From Candidatus Moraniibacteriota bacterium (GTDB lineage: Bacteria; Patescibacteriota; Minisyncoccia; Moranbacterales; UBA2206), in assembly GCA_013334765.1 (NCBI GenBank), contig JAAXWW010000001.1, forward strand, positions 236,589 to 300,588: a DNA stretch of 64,000 nucleotides. The letters are read 5' to 3'. Below are positions 47,709-56,739 of this stretch, piece after piece; positions within the stretch are counted from its first letter, which is position 1, and each line of letters begins with the position of its first letter. Position numbers and translations under genes: made by a program. Under the pieces are notes generated by a model. That model made no database searches. It saw nothing but the letters and a program-made list of their open reading frames with translations, and had not been told where the DNA came from.

Positions 47709-48786
47709 ATGGAAGATAAAATCATAGAATTGAAGAATAAGATCCTGCTTTTGCGGGACTATCTTTGACGTTGCGGGAAAGGAAAACAGGATCCTGGAGC
47801 TGGAGGCTGAATCGAATCGGGAGGGGTTCTGGGATGACCATCAGAAGGCTTCTTCGGTCATGCAGGAACTGGAAGAGATCAGGAAAGAGATAAGGATCCT
47901 TTTGGAAAGCGAAAAGGAAATAGCCGATATTTCGGAATTCTTGGAAATGGCGGAGAGCGAAGAGGAAAAGGATGAGATAGGGAACAAGGTTGCGGAACTT
48001 GAAAAGAACCTGGCCGAGCTGGAATTCAAGACCCTTTTCGACGGGGAATATGACAGCAATCCGGCAATCGTTTCGATATATTGCGGCGCCGGCGGGGTGG
48101 ATGCGCAGGACTGGTCGGAAATGATCCTCAGGATGTATCTCAGGTGGGCGGAAAAGAACGGTTTTCGGGCCAAGCTTCTGGATGAGACCCGCGGGCAGGA
48201 GGCCGGGATCAAGAACGCCACGATAGAATTCACCGGCCCCTATGCTTATGGATATTTGAAAAGCGAATCGGGCGTGCATCGCCTGGTGCGCCTTTCGCCT
48301 TTCAACTCGGACAATCTGAGGCAGACTTCCTTTGCCATGGTCGAGGTCCTGCCTGTTATCGATATGATAAGCGAAGTGGAGATCAAACCGGATGATCTTA
48401 GGGTGGATGTTTTCCGTTCGCAAGGGGCTGGCGGTCAGGGCGTCAATACGACGGATAGCGCGGTGAGGATCCTGCATATCCCGACTGGAATCATGGTCAC
48501 TTGCCAGAACGAGAGGAGCCAGATGCAGAACAGGGAACAGGCGATGAAGATCCTGAAAGCCAAGCTGCACAAGAAATACCTGGAAGAAAAAGAAGCGGAA
48601 AAAAACAAACTGCGGGGCGAGCAGGTGAGTGCCGAATGGGGAAGCCAGATACGGTCATATGTGGTTCATCCGTATAAAATGGTGAAGGATCACCGCACTA
48701 AGCATGAAACTGCGGATGTCGAAAGCGTTTTCGACGGGAACATCAACGGTTTCATGGAAAGCTATTTGGAGGGTTTGAAAAAATAG
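47709..48786 (+). CDS. prfB: Peptide chain release factor 2 (programmed +1 frameshift)
   Basis: MEDKIIELKNKILLLRDYL then CTT TGA C at 47763-47769; continues in +1 frame to GGVDAQDW, SPF, GGQ. Confidence 0.97.
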
Positions 48787-48835
48787 TTTATAATATGTTC
48801 ATGTCGGATAATTTCATTATTCTAAGCTTCTCATT

Positions 48836-49519
48836 ATGATCAAATTCGATTCGGTATCGAAAATATATAAAGACGATTATGTGGCTCTCGACAATGTGAC
48901 CTTCGAAATAAAGGAAGGCGATTTCGTTTCTATTGTCGGGGCGAGCGGGGCTGGCAAATCGACCCTGCTCAAGCTCATATATGCCGAGGAGTCCCCGACT
49001 TCCGGGACGGTATATTTCAACGGCGGACCGCTTGAGGGAATGAGCCGGAGGAAAGTGCCGTTCCATAGGAGGAATATCGGGACTGTTTTCCAGGATTTCA
49101 AGCTCTTGCCGAAAAAGACGGCTTTCGAGAATATCGCCTATGCTCTGGAAGTGTCCGGCGCGCCGACGGAAGAGATCATGGAATATGTCCCTCAGATTTT
49201 CGAAATAGTCGGACTGTCCGACAAGGTGAACAAGTTTCCGCATGAACTGTCCGGAGGAGAACAGCAGAAAATAGCTCTTGCCCGCGCCCTTATCAACAAG
49301 CCGCTCGTTATCATAGCGGATGAGCCGACGGGAAACCTCGATCCTGTTTCTTCGGTTGAAATAATGCAGCTGCTGCTCAAGATCAACAAGCTCGGAACGA
49401 CAGTCGTTTTGGCGACGCATGACAAGGAAATAGTGAACAAGGCGACAAGGCGAGTCATCGTCCTTGAAAAGGGGAAAGTGATCTGCGACGAAGAAAAAGG
49501 CAAATACAAGATCTGTTAA
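48836..49519 (+). CDS. ftsE: Cell division ATP-binding protein FtsE
   Basis: [33 protein letters not shown]; upstream of ftsX. Confidence 0.93.
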   Translation: MIKFDSVSKIYKDDYVALDNVTFEIKEGDFVSIVGASGAGKSTLLKLIYAEESPTSGTVYFNGGPLEGMSRRKVPFHRRNIGTVFQDFKLLPKKTAFENIAYALEVSGAPTEEIMEYVPQIFEIVGLSDKVNKFPHELSGGEQQKIALARALINKPLVIIADEPTGNLDPVSSVEIMQLLLKINKLGTTVVLATHDKEIVNKATRRVIVLEKGKVICDEEKGKYKIC

Positions 49520-49532
49520 AATAAAAAAAACT

Positions 49533-50441
49533 ATGTTTCTAATCATTGGGAGAACAATCAAAGAGGCTTCTAGGAATTTCATCAGGAACGGCTGGCTTAC
49601 GGTTGCTGCGGTGAGCGTCATGATCATGTCGCTTTTCATCATCAGCGTCCTCTATACTGTGACTATGACTGCCAGCGGGATATTGAAAGGCGTTGAGAAT
49701 AAAGTCAATGTGAGTGTGTATTTCAAGCCGGACACAACCGAGAACGATATCCAGAAAATCAAATCGGATCTGGAAAAATATAACGAGATAAAGTCCGTCG
49801 AATATGTCTCGAAAGACAAGGCCCTTGCCGATTTCAAGGCCAATAATGTCAACGAGCCGAGGATCCTGGACGCGCTCAACGAGATCGGGGATAACCCGCT
49901 GCCGTCCTCGCTTGTCATCCAGGCCAATAGCCCCTCCCAATACGATTCGATAGTCACCTATCTCGGCGACGCCTCCTTCAAGGACGAGATAAGCCATATA
50001 AACTACGGCAAGACGAAGGATGTCATCAACAGGCTGAACAATATCATTTCCGAAATAAAGAATGCCGGCCTGTATATCTCGCTTCTTTTCGCGGCTATTT
50101 CCGTGCTTATCATCTTCAACACGGTGAGGATCACCATCTATACCCATAAGCAGGAAGTGGAAGTGATGCGCCTGGTCGGGGCATCCAACATGTTCATCCG
50201 CCTGCCGTTCGTTTTCGAAGGGATCTTCTATGGGATCGTGGCTTCGGTGGTTTCGATGGGGCTCCTTTTCGCGGCGCTCAAGTTCGCTTCCCCATATGTG
50301 ACCAAGATAATCCCGACTGAAGACCTGGTTTCTTTCTATATAAGCAACTTCCTTCTTCTTCTCGGCACCCAGCTTGCGATCGGCGCGGTGATCGGGATCC
50401 TCTCGAGTTTGATCGCGATCAGGAAATATCTGAAGGTGTAG
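49533..50441 (+). CDS. ftsX: Cell division permease FtsX
   Basis: NPLP, NTVRITI, MRLVGA, PFVFEG. Confidence 0.93.
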   Translation: MFLIIGRTIKEASRNFIRNGWLTVAAVSVMIMSLFIISVLYTVTMTASGILKGVENKVNVSVYFKPDTTENDIQKIKSDLEKYNEIKSVEYVSKDKALADFKANNVNEPRILDALNEIGDNPLPSSLVIQANSPSQYDSIVTYLGDASFKDEISHINYGKTKDVINRLNNIISEIKNAGLYISLLFAAISVLIIFNTVRITIYTHKQEVEVMRLVGASNMFIRLPFVFEGIFYGIVASVVSMGLLFAALKFASPYVTKIIPTEDLVSFYISNFLLLLGTQLAIGAVIGILSSLIAIRKYLKV

Positions 50442-50541
50442 CTATAAAACCTTTATTTCAGGCTAAAAAAGCTTCTTATTGACCCGGGGTTGATTTTATC
50501 TTGGTTTTGCGTTAGATTGTCTTAGTAGCTGATCCTTACAT

Positions 50542-50613
50542 TGGGGAATAGCCAAGCGGTAAGGCAGTAGGTTCTGGTCCTACCATGCGGGGGTTCGAAT
50601 CCCTCTTCCCCAA
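50542..50613 (+). tRNA. tRNA-Gln(CUG)
   Basis: TGGGGAA...TTCCCCA acceptor stem, GTAGG-TTCTGGT-CCTAC anticodon arm, GGTTCGAATCC. Confidence 0.95.
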
Positions 50614-50765
50614 CATCCCAAATAACCCCTTATTTAAAGGGGTTATTTTTATACCCATGTGTAACTTCAGAACTCGTCAGGTGTCTATTGACTTATTACG
50701 TATAGTATGCTACTATACAAAGTTCACAAAGGCAATAAAACACAACAACCACTGGAGGCTGCACG

Positions 50766-51032
50766 ATGGACAGGCAAGAATTGGAACAAATGCTCGCGAA
50801 AGGAAACGGCTGCCAGCCCATGTCCCTGGCGCATCACAACTACGACGCGGATAAAATCACCGAAGTCAAGGTGGTGAGCCTCACCTGCTCCGGATACGAA
50901 AAAGAACTCAAAGAAGCCATCGTCGGAGGTTGGAAGCTGATGTCCCTGCTGGTTACCAACACCGCCATCTTCCAGGGAGCGCCTGAACACAGGATCACCG
51001 CGGTACTGGTGAAGCTTCAGGAAGAGCAGTAG
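50766..51032 (+). CDS. Orphan hypothetical protein with own promoter, SD and terminator
   Basis: TTGACT (50688)-17-TACTAT (50711), GGAGG SD, GC hairpin plus T-run 51053-51092. Confidence 0.7.
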   Translation: MDRQELEQMLAKGNGCQPMSLAHHNYDADKITEVKVVSLTCSGYEKELKEAIVGGWKLMSLLVTNTAIFQGAPEHRITAVLVKLQEEQ

Positions 51033-51256
51033 CCTGCTGGACCAACGGTCCCAAGGAGGCGCCCTACCGAACGGTAGCGCGCCTCCTTTTTTATTTGCTA
51101 AGTATTTATGGGAAGTCAAAAAGAGCTCTGTATATTATGTGAAATCAAATAAGTTCCAACTTCGTCCCACAGGCGCAACATCTAAAAATAAGCTTTGAGT
51201 AAAGCTTATTTTTTTTACCCAAATAAGACCATTAGAACTCGTGGTATAATTCTCAT

Positions 51257-51835
51257 ATGAGAAAAGAAAAGATAATATTGGTTCATGGGTGGGGCAGTTC
51301 TCCCAGGGACGACTGGTTTCCTTGGGTGTCTTCTGAGTTGAAAAAGCTCGGCTTTGATTTTGCGATGCCGGAAATGCCCAATACGGAAGAGCCGAAGATA
51401 GAAGAATGGGTTCCATATCTGGAGAAAATAGCCAAGGACTATGATGAGAATACGATTTTCGTGGGTCATAGCATCGGTTGTCAGGCTATAATGAGATTCT
51501 TGGAAAAGCAGAACAGAAGAGCTAGGGGAGCTGTTTTTGTTGCAGGCTGGTTCGAATTGGAGAATCTGGAAGAAGAAGAGGGATCAGAAGCGATAGCCAA
51601 GCCTTGGATTGAGACGCCGATAGATTTTGAAAAGGTGAAACGGAATATCGGGAAATCAATCGTGTTTCTGGGAGATAATGACCCATGGGTTCCAGTGGAA
51701 AGGACCAAGGAATCTTTTGAAATAAACCTGGGTTCAGTCGTTGAAATTATTCCTGGCGCTGGGCATATGTCTGCTGATGATGGCTTCAGTGCGTTTCCAA
51801 GAATAATCGAAGAGATAGCGAAATTAGCCGAGTAG
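51257..51835 (+). CDS. RBBP9/YdeN-family alpha/beta hydrolase
   Basis: VHGW, WFPW, GHSIG nucleophile elbow, NDPWV, AGH. Confidence 0.9.
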   Translation: MRKEKIILVHGWGSSPRDDWFPWVSSELKKLGFDFAMPEMPNTEEPKIEEWVPYLEKIAKDYDENTIFVGHSIGCQAIMRFLEKQNRRARGAVFVAGWFELENLEEEEGSEAIAKPWIETPIDFEKVKRNIGKSIVFLGDNDPWVPVERTKESFEINLGSVVEIIPGAGHMSADDGFSAFPRIIEEIAKLAE

Positions 51836-51867
51836 AATATTCGGCAGCCTTTTGGATAACAGCTATA

Positions 51868-52440
51868 ATGCAAATCATGGTGGATAAAATGGATGAAGAA
51901 GACATCTGCCGGCTCATAGAAAGCGATGAATGGATGATGAAGGTGCTGGCGGCGGTGAAATCGCTTGGTCTTCCGGATTGCTGGATCGGGGCGGGGTTCG
52001 TGCGCAATAAGGTCTGGGATCATCTTCATGGCTTCGAACACCGGACGCCGCTATCCGATATCGACGTCATATATTTCGATTCCGGAAACAAGGAAGAAAG
52101 CGCTGAAAATGATCTTGAGAACAGGCTTCAGGAGCTTTTTCCCGGTTTGCCGTGGTCTGTAACGAATCAGGCTAGGATGCATATGGCGAATGGCGACGAG
52201 CCATATCTTTCTTCAACTGACGCTCTGTCCAGATGGCCGGAAACGGCGACAAGCGTTGCGGTCAGGTTGGATGAGGGGAATAGGATAGTCTTCAACGCGC
52301 CCAATGGTATTTCTGATCTGGTTAATCTAAAAGTTTGCCCTACTCCCGCGTTCCGTTCCAAGAAAGATATTTATGAAAACCGCTTGAAGAAAAAGAGATG
52401 GGAGGATAAATGGTCAAGAATAGAGGTATTTCATTTTTAG
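51868..52440 (+). CDS. Putative nucleotidyltransferase (DUF925-like)
   Basis: WIGAGFVRNKVWD, DIDVIYFD, NQARMH, WPETAT. Confidence 0.85.
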   Translation: MQIMVDKMDEEDICRLIESDEWMMKVLAAVKSLGLPDCWIGAGFVRNKVWDHLHGFEHRTPLSDIDVIYFDSGNKEESAENDLENRLQELFPGLPWSVTNQARMHMANGDEPYLSSTDALSRWPETATSVAVRLDEGNRIVFNAPNGISDLVNLKVCPTPAFRSKKDIYENRLKKKRWEDKWSRIEVFHF

Positions 52441-52506
52441 GTCAGAGTTTCTGCAGTTTTGCTTTATAGGGAATAATAAACTTACGGTGATAAGTCAGTG
52501 CATGAA

Positions 52507-53454
52507 ATGAAAAAGCCGATTATCGTCATTGTCTCGACCTTATTGCTCTTATCGGTTTTTCGTTATGCTTATAACTATCATCTGCCCAAGAAAAAATACC
52601 CAGGAATACCGACGGATAATAACAATAAAAAAAGCGAATCTTCCAATATTGTAGGAGAGAATAGTGGCAGCGTTTCAGATAAAAGCGCTACTGATCCTCA
52701 AAAAGAATCTGCGATTGTGTTCAGCGATGATTTTTCAAAAAGCGGGACTTTTGAAGAAGCTGGGAGCATGAACGAAAGCGCCAGCAAGGATTGGTGGGTC
52801 AATTCCGGAGCTTTCTTTAATGTGAAGAACGGAGTGGGGATGACGTTGGCGGGAGATCTTGCGAAAAATGATAAGTGGCAAAAGGAATATGAAAAATATG
52901 ATCCTGACGAGACAGACAAGGGCATTCATCCGCAAAATATCTTCCGTCTCGTTCTGAAATCCAAATGGAAGAATCTCAGGCAGGAGTCTTATTGCAAAAT
53001 CGATCGATATATCATCAGCGATAGCGAGAACCGCAGCGAATCGAACGGATTATTGCTCTTCAATAGGTATGTGGATGAGAATAATCTTTATTATACCGGG
53101 GTAAGGGTTGATGGGACCGTTGTAATAAAAAAGAAGATTGGTGGAAAATATTATACTATGGCGCAGAAGGTTTTCTATCCTGGGAGATATGACAGGAAGA
53201 ATAGCCCGAATCTTCTTCCTGTCGGAAAATGGATCGGGATCAGGAGTGAAGTTTTTGATAATCCTGACGAGTCTGTTTCTATAAGAATATATATCGATGG
53301 CAACCGATCAGGAGACTGGAAGCTTGCGCTGACAGCCGATGATAATGGCAAAGGTTTTGGGGGAGCGGCTATCATGAATTCCGGCTATGCCGGTATCCGA
53401 ACTGATTTCATGGACGCGGAAATCGATGATTATAGGATAGAAGAGATTAAATAG
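52507..53454 (+). CDS. Membrane-anchored secreted protein, probable ConA-like beta-sandwich
   Basis: Signal anchor, low-complexity linker, FSDDF start and GYAGIRTDFMDAEIDD end. Confidence 0.7.
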   Translation: MKKPIIVIVSTLLLLSVFRYAYNYHLPKKKYPGIPTDNNNKKSESSNIVGENSGSVSDKSATDPQKESAIVFSDDFSKSGTFEEAGSMNESASKDWWVNSGAFFNVKNGVGMTLAGDLAKNDKWQKEYEKYDPDETDKGIHPQNIFRLVLKSKWKNLRQESYCKIDRYIISDSENRSESNGLLLFNRYVDENNLYYTGVRVDGTVVIKKKIGGKYYTMAQKVFYPGRYDRKNSPNLLPVGKWIGIRSEVFDNPDESVSIRIYIDGNRSGDWKLALTADDNGKGFGGAAIMNSGYAGIRTDFMDAEIDDYRIEEIK

Positions 53455-53483
53455 ATTAAATAGATTAAATAGATTAAATAGAT
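53444..53483. repeat. 9-bp tandem repeat (AGATTAAAT)x4
   Basis: Four perfect copies plus a partial copy, spanning the upstream stop codon. Confidence 0.9.
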
Positions 53484-53495
53484 AAGGATATCTTT

Positions 53496-53627
53496 ATGCC
53501 TGTATTGATAAACTTCAAGATCTGCGACAATGCCAAGGACTGCAGCGGCATCGCGGTGTGTCCGACTGGCGCATTGAGTTGGGAACTGATGACGGCGTGT
53601 TATAATCTTAGGATAAGGGTAAGATAA
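53496..53627 (+). pseudogene. Truncated 4Fe-4S ferredoxin-like gene remnant
   Basis: MPVLINFKICDNAKDCSGIAVCPTGALSW, then unrelated sequence and a stop; no second cluster motif. Confidence 0.55.
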
Positions 53628-53632
53628 AAAAC

Positions 53633-53836
53633 ATGGACGAGATATTGAAAAAAATCGAGGAACAGGATAAGAAACTGGAGGCGATATATCATTCGATTGA
53701 GCAGATGCGGAAATATTTCCTCTGGACACTTATCATCACGATAGCAACTATCGTTCTTCCTTTGATCGCTTTAGCCTTTGTCATCCCGATGGTCATGAAG
53801 ACGCTTGGTTCGGCCTATGGAGGACTTCTGAATTAG
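53633..53836 (+). CDS. Small membrane protein
   Basis: 67 aa, coiled N-terminus then hydrophobic segment; TATAAT upstream; terminator 53860-53890. Confidence 0.7.
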   Translation: MDEILKKIEEQDKKLEAIYHSIEQMRKYFLWTLIITIATIVLPLIALAFVIPMVMKTLGSAYGGLLN

Positions 53837-53977
53837 GATTTGATTTCAAGTATTCAAATGAAACCAGAGATTGCGGTTCTTGGTTTTTTTGTTTTCGGAA
53901 ATGAAAACAGGGAGAAAACGGTATGACCGCTCTCTCCCTGGTTGGGGGTTGTTGGACGGCTGCTTTTTTTGATGGGG

Positions 53978-54490
53978 TTATCTTTTCGCGATCTCGACCC
54001 TTGTTCCGGGAGCCTGCTCTTTTTTGGGCAGTTTCCTTATAATCCTAACGGGAACCTTTTTTCTTCTGCCGATCCTCATGGCTTCCTGGCAATCCTTTTC
54101 GGTCGGTCCTGTGTAGAGATCTATGTGGTCCGGATGCTCTTTCCAGTCTCCCGTCTGGTCGACGACCGTGCCGTTCCAGTTGATTCCATCAATCTGGAGC
54201 TCGGTATCGGGTGGGAAAGTACCGAAGCTGGCGGCTATGTCGCCTCTTTTCAGCTTTTTGCCGAAAGAGGATATGTCTCCTCCATTCAAGCGGTCTTTCT
54301 TGCCGCAATAGGCCGTCACTTCTGCAAGGACAATCTCCCCTTTTGCATGATTTTTGGGTCTCGCTTCGTCTCGGTGTTCTTTCGTGGGTTGATGATTCTC
54401 CGCCCCCCAAGCGATAGAATCATAAAAAACATCAAGTGGAAGCACCAATGATATCATGACGCCCAGTAGCGCCAAAGTGTTCTTGTTCAT
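53978..54490 (-). CDS. 3D-domain (MltA/Sps-like) secreted protein
   Basis: Signal peptide; VTAY...IAA...VDQTG...HIDLY; GAAGGAG SD before ATG 54490. Confidence 0.75.
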   Translation of the reverse strand: MNKNTLALLGVMISLVLPLDVFYDSIAWGAENHQPTKEHRDEARPKNHAKGEIVLAEVTAYCGKKDRLNGGDISSFGKKLKRGDIAASFGTFPPDTELQIDGINWNGTVVDQTGDWKEHPDHIDLYTGPTEKDCQEAMRIGRRKKVPVRIIRKLPKKEQAPGTRVEIAKR

Positions 54491-54655
54491 GCCGTCTCCT
54501 TCTTTTTTCAAGCAGCCATGGCGTCCAGGTTGGTCCGGATGTTGCCGGTTATTTTTCCTGGCGCCCGTTAAAGTATACATGAACTGCTGCCCGGTGGCAA
54601 TAGCGTCCATGAAAAAGGCTTTATTTGAAGGTTGATAAGCTATGACAGAACGTTT

Positions 54656-54697
54656 TTAGCACTCAGACTTGACGAGTGCTAAGAGGGAATATATAAT
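54656..54697 (+). promoter_or_regulatory. CIRCE operator overlapping the hrcA promoter
   Basis: Perfect TTAGCACTC-N9-GAGTGCTAA (54656-54682); TTGACG (54669)-17-TATAAT (54692). Confidence 0.95.
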
Positions 54698-54703
54698 GTA
54701 AAC

Positions 54704-55441
54704 ATGGAAGAAAGATTAGAGAAAATTTTGACTGCCATCATTCAGGAATATACCCAGACGGCTGTTCCGGTCGGATCGAAGATCCTTTCGGAGAAATACG
54801 GCTTCGAGCTGAGCGCGGCGACGATCAGGAATGACATGGCGCGGCTCGAGAAGGAGGGATTCCTGTTCCAGCCGCACACCAGCGCCGGACGGATCCCGAC
54901 TGACAAGGGATACCGCTATTTCGTCGAGAAGGTGATGGGCGACGAGGAGCTCAGCCGCGAGGATCAGCGCAGGCTGCAGGCGGAGGTGCTGAAGCTGAAA
55001 GCCCAGAACAAGCGGTTTTCAAGAACGACTTCGAAGCTGCTGTCATCGCTTTCGGGAAGCCTGGTCATTTCGGGGATCGAGAACGAATTCTATGATTTCG
55101 GAATCAGCGAGCTTTTGGAAAACCCTGAATTCCGCGAGATCGACGAGTTCTCAAGGATTGCCGAAGCCTTGGACTATATCGATGAGAACGTGGATTCGAT
55201 ACTCAGGAAACTGAAGGATGGCGAGACGAAGATATTCATCGGGAAAGAGAATCCGATCAGGAACATTTCCAATTGTTCGATGGTGGTTTCTCCGTATACG
55301 ACAAAAGAGGGGGAAAAGGGACTGCTGGCCATCATCGGTCCGAAGCGGATGAGATATGCCAAGAACAAGTCGTTGCTGGAATATCTGGGAAAGCTGCTCG
55401 GTCCGTCTGCGGTCATCGTGACATTCGTTCACTTTATATAA
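54704..55441 (+). CDS. hrcA: Heat-inducible transcription repressor
   Basis: PVGS, SAATIRNDM, QPHTSAGRIPTDKGYR, IGPKRMRY. Confidence 0.96.
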   Translation: MEERLEKILTAIIQEYTQTAVPVGSKILSEKYGFELSAATIRNDMARLEKEGFLFQPHTSAGRIPTDKGYRYFVEKVMGDEELSREDQRRLQAEVLKLKAQNKRFSRTTSKLLSSLSGSLVISGIENEFYDFGISELLENPEFREIDEFSRIAEALDYIDENVDSILRKLKDGETKIFIGKENPIRNISNCSMVVSPYTTKEGEKGLLAIIGPKRMRYAKNKSLLEYLGKLLGPSAVIVTFVHFI

Positions 55442-55453
55442 TCGATAAAGCCT

Positions 55454-56014
55454 ATGCATATGAAAACAAAACAGGGAAAACAGGAAGAGAAGCCGAAGAA
55501 GGGCATCAAGGATGTCGAAGAGGAGATAGCGGTCAAGGAGGGGGAGATCATTAAAGAGCTGGAAGAGAAAGTCGGCGAATATCTGAACGGTTGGAAACGC
55601 TGCCAGGCTGATTTCGAGAACTATAAAAAGAGGCAGGAGGAGGGGAAGAAGGAGATGGGGCAATACCTGAAAGAGAGCATCCTTCTTGAGCTTCTTCCGG
55701 TGGTGGATAATTTCCATGCTTCGACGGATCACATTCCGGATGGCGAGAAGGAAAGCCCGTGGGTGGTGGGAATCATGCATATCCAGCGGCAGTTGGAAAC
55801 GGTGCTGACTGACAACGGGGTTTCGGAAATCCCGGTTGCTGTCGGGGATGAGTTCGATCCGCATATCCATGAAGCGGTCGATCAATCGAAAAAAGACGCA
55901 GACGAGGATGAAGAAGAACCTGAAAACGAAAAAGAAAGCATAAAGAAGATAGTCAGGAAAGGATACAGGATGGGAGACAGGATCATCCGTCCAGCGAGAG
56001 TGGTGGTTGGATAG
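55454..56014 (+). CDS. grpE: Nucleotide exchange factor GrpE
   Basis: ADFENYKKR, LLPVVDN, FDPHIHEAV, GYRMGDRIIRPARV. Confidence 0.96.
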   Translation: MHMKTKQGKQEEKPKKGIKDVEEEIAVKEGEIIKELEEKVGEYLNGWKRCQADFENYKKRQEEGKKEMGQYLKESILLELLPVVDNFHASTDHIPDGEKESPWVVGIMHIQRQLETVLTDNGVSEIPVAVGDEFDPHIHEAVDQSKKDADEDEEEPENEKESIKKIVRKGYRMGDRIIRPARVVVG

Positions 56015-56189
56015 TTTTTTAAAACAGAAGTATTTTACGAAGTCGTTTTCCTGCAAGGATAATCATTTTACTTGCCTTTCGTTCTCCGCCGGCTGGCGGA
56101 CGGAAGCCGCAAAATGATGATGCCAGCAGGAAGGCTCGGAGTATCATTATGATATTTTGTCACAACAAACTAGAAGGAGGTGAAAAAAT

Positions 56190-56594
56190 ATGCGTGGAAT
56201 AATGCATTGGAGCCCTATGAGGGAAATGGACAGGTTCTTTGACGAAGATGCCTGGGGAGCGGATTTCGTTCCGGCGATAAATGTCTTTCAGGACAAGGAT
56301 AATGTTATTGTCGAAACATCCCTTCCGGGAATCGATCCTGAAAAAGTGGATATCTCGGTCGAGAACGATGTCCTCACTATCTCCGGGTCTCGCGAAGAGA
56401 AGAGCGAGATAAAAAGGGAAGATTATTATCGTAAGGAGATTAGGGAGGGAAGTTTCTCTAGGTCTGTAATCCTGCCGATGGCGGTGAAGGCAAGCGAAGC
56501 GAAAGCTCACGCTGAGAAGGGAATCCTCAGGATCACTCTTCCGAAGGCAGAAGAAGTCAAGCCTAAGAAGATCTCTGTAGAGGTGAAGAAATAG
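56190..56594 (+). CDS. Hsp20/alpha-crystallin small heat shock protein
   Basis: LPGID, LTISG, GSFSRSVILP, GILRITLPK; SD GAAGGAGGTGA. Confidence 0.95.
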   Translation: MRGIMHWSPMREMDRFFDEDAWGADFVPAINVFQDKDNVIVETSLPGIDPEKVDISVENDVLTISGSREEKSEIKREDYYRKEIREGSFSRSVILPMAVKASEAKAHAEKGILRITLPKAEEVKPKKISVEVKK

Positions 56595-56739
56595 GTGCAT
56601 CCCTCATGCCGCTCGATACGGCAAGTCGGCATCGAGCGGCGAATGGGGCGCATGTCAGCAGATAATTTAATTTCGTAAGCAATAATGTTCCGATCGTCAA
56701 AACGTTAAAGGGGTTGGCGGTTGGGAACAGGAAAAATAT

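Noticed and set aside
50542-54490. Integrative element or prophage at tRNA-Gln
   Set aside because: No integrase, no duplicated tRNA 3' end and no phage genes; only a cluster of accessory genes.
56048-56190. RNA thermometer upstream of hsp20
   Set aside because: The hairpin ends about 40 nt before the SD and does not sequester it; no ROSE or fourU motif was seen.
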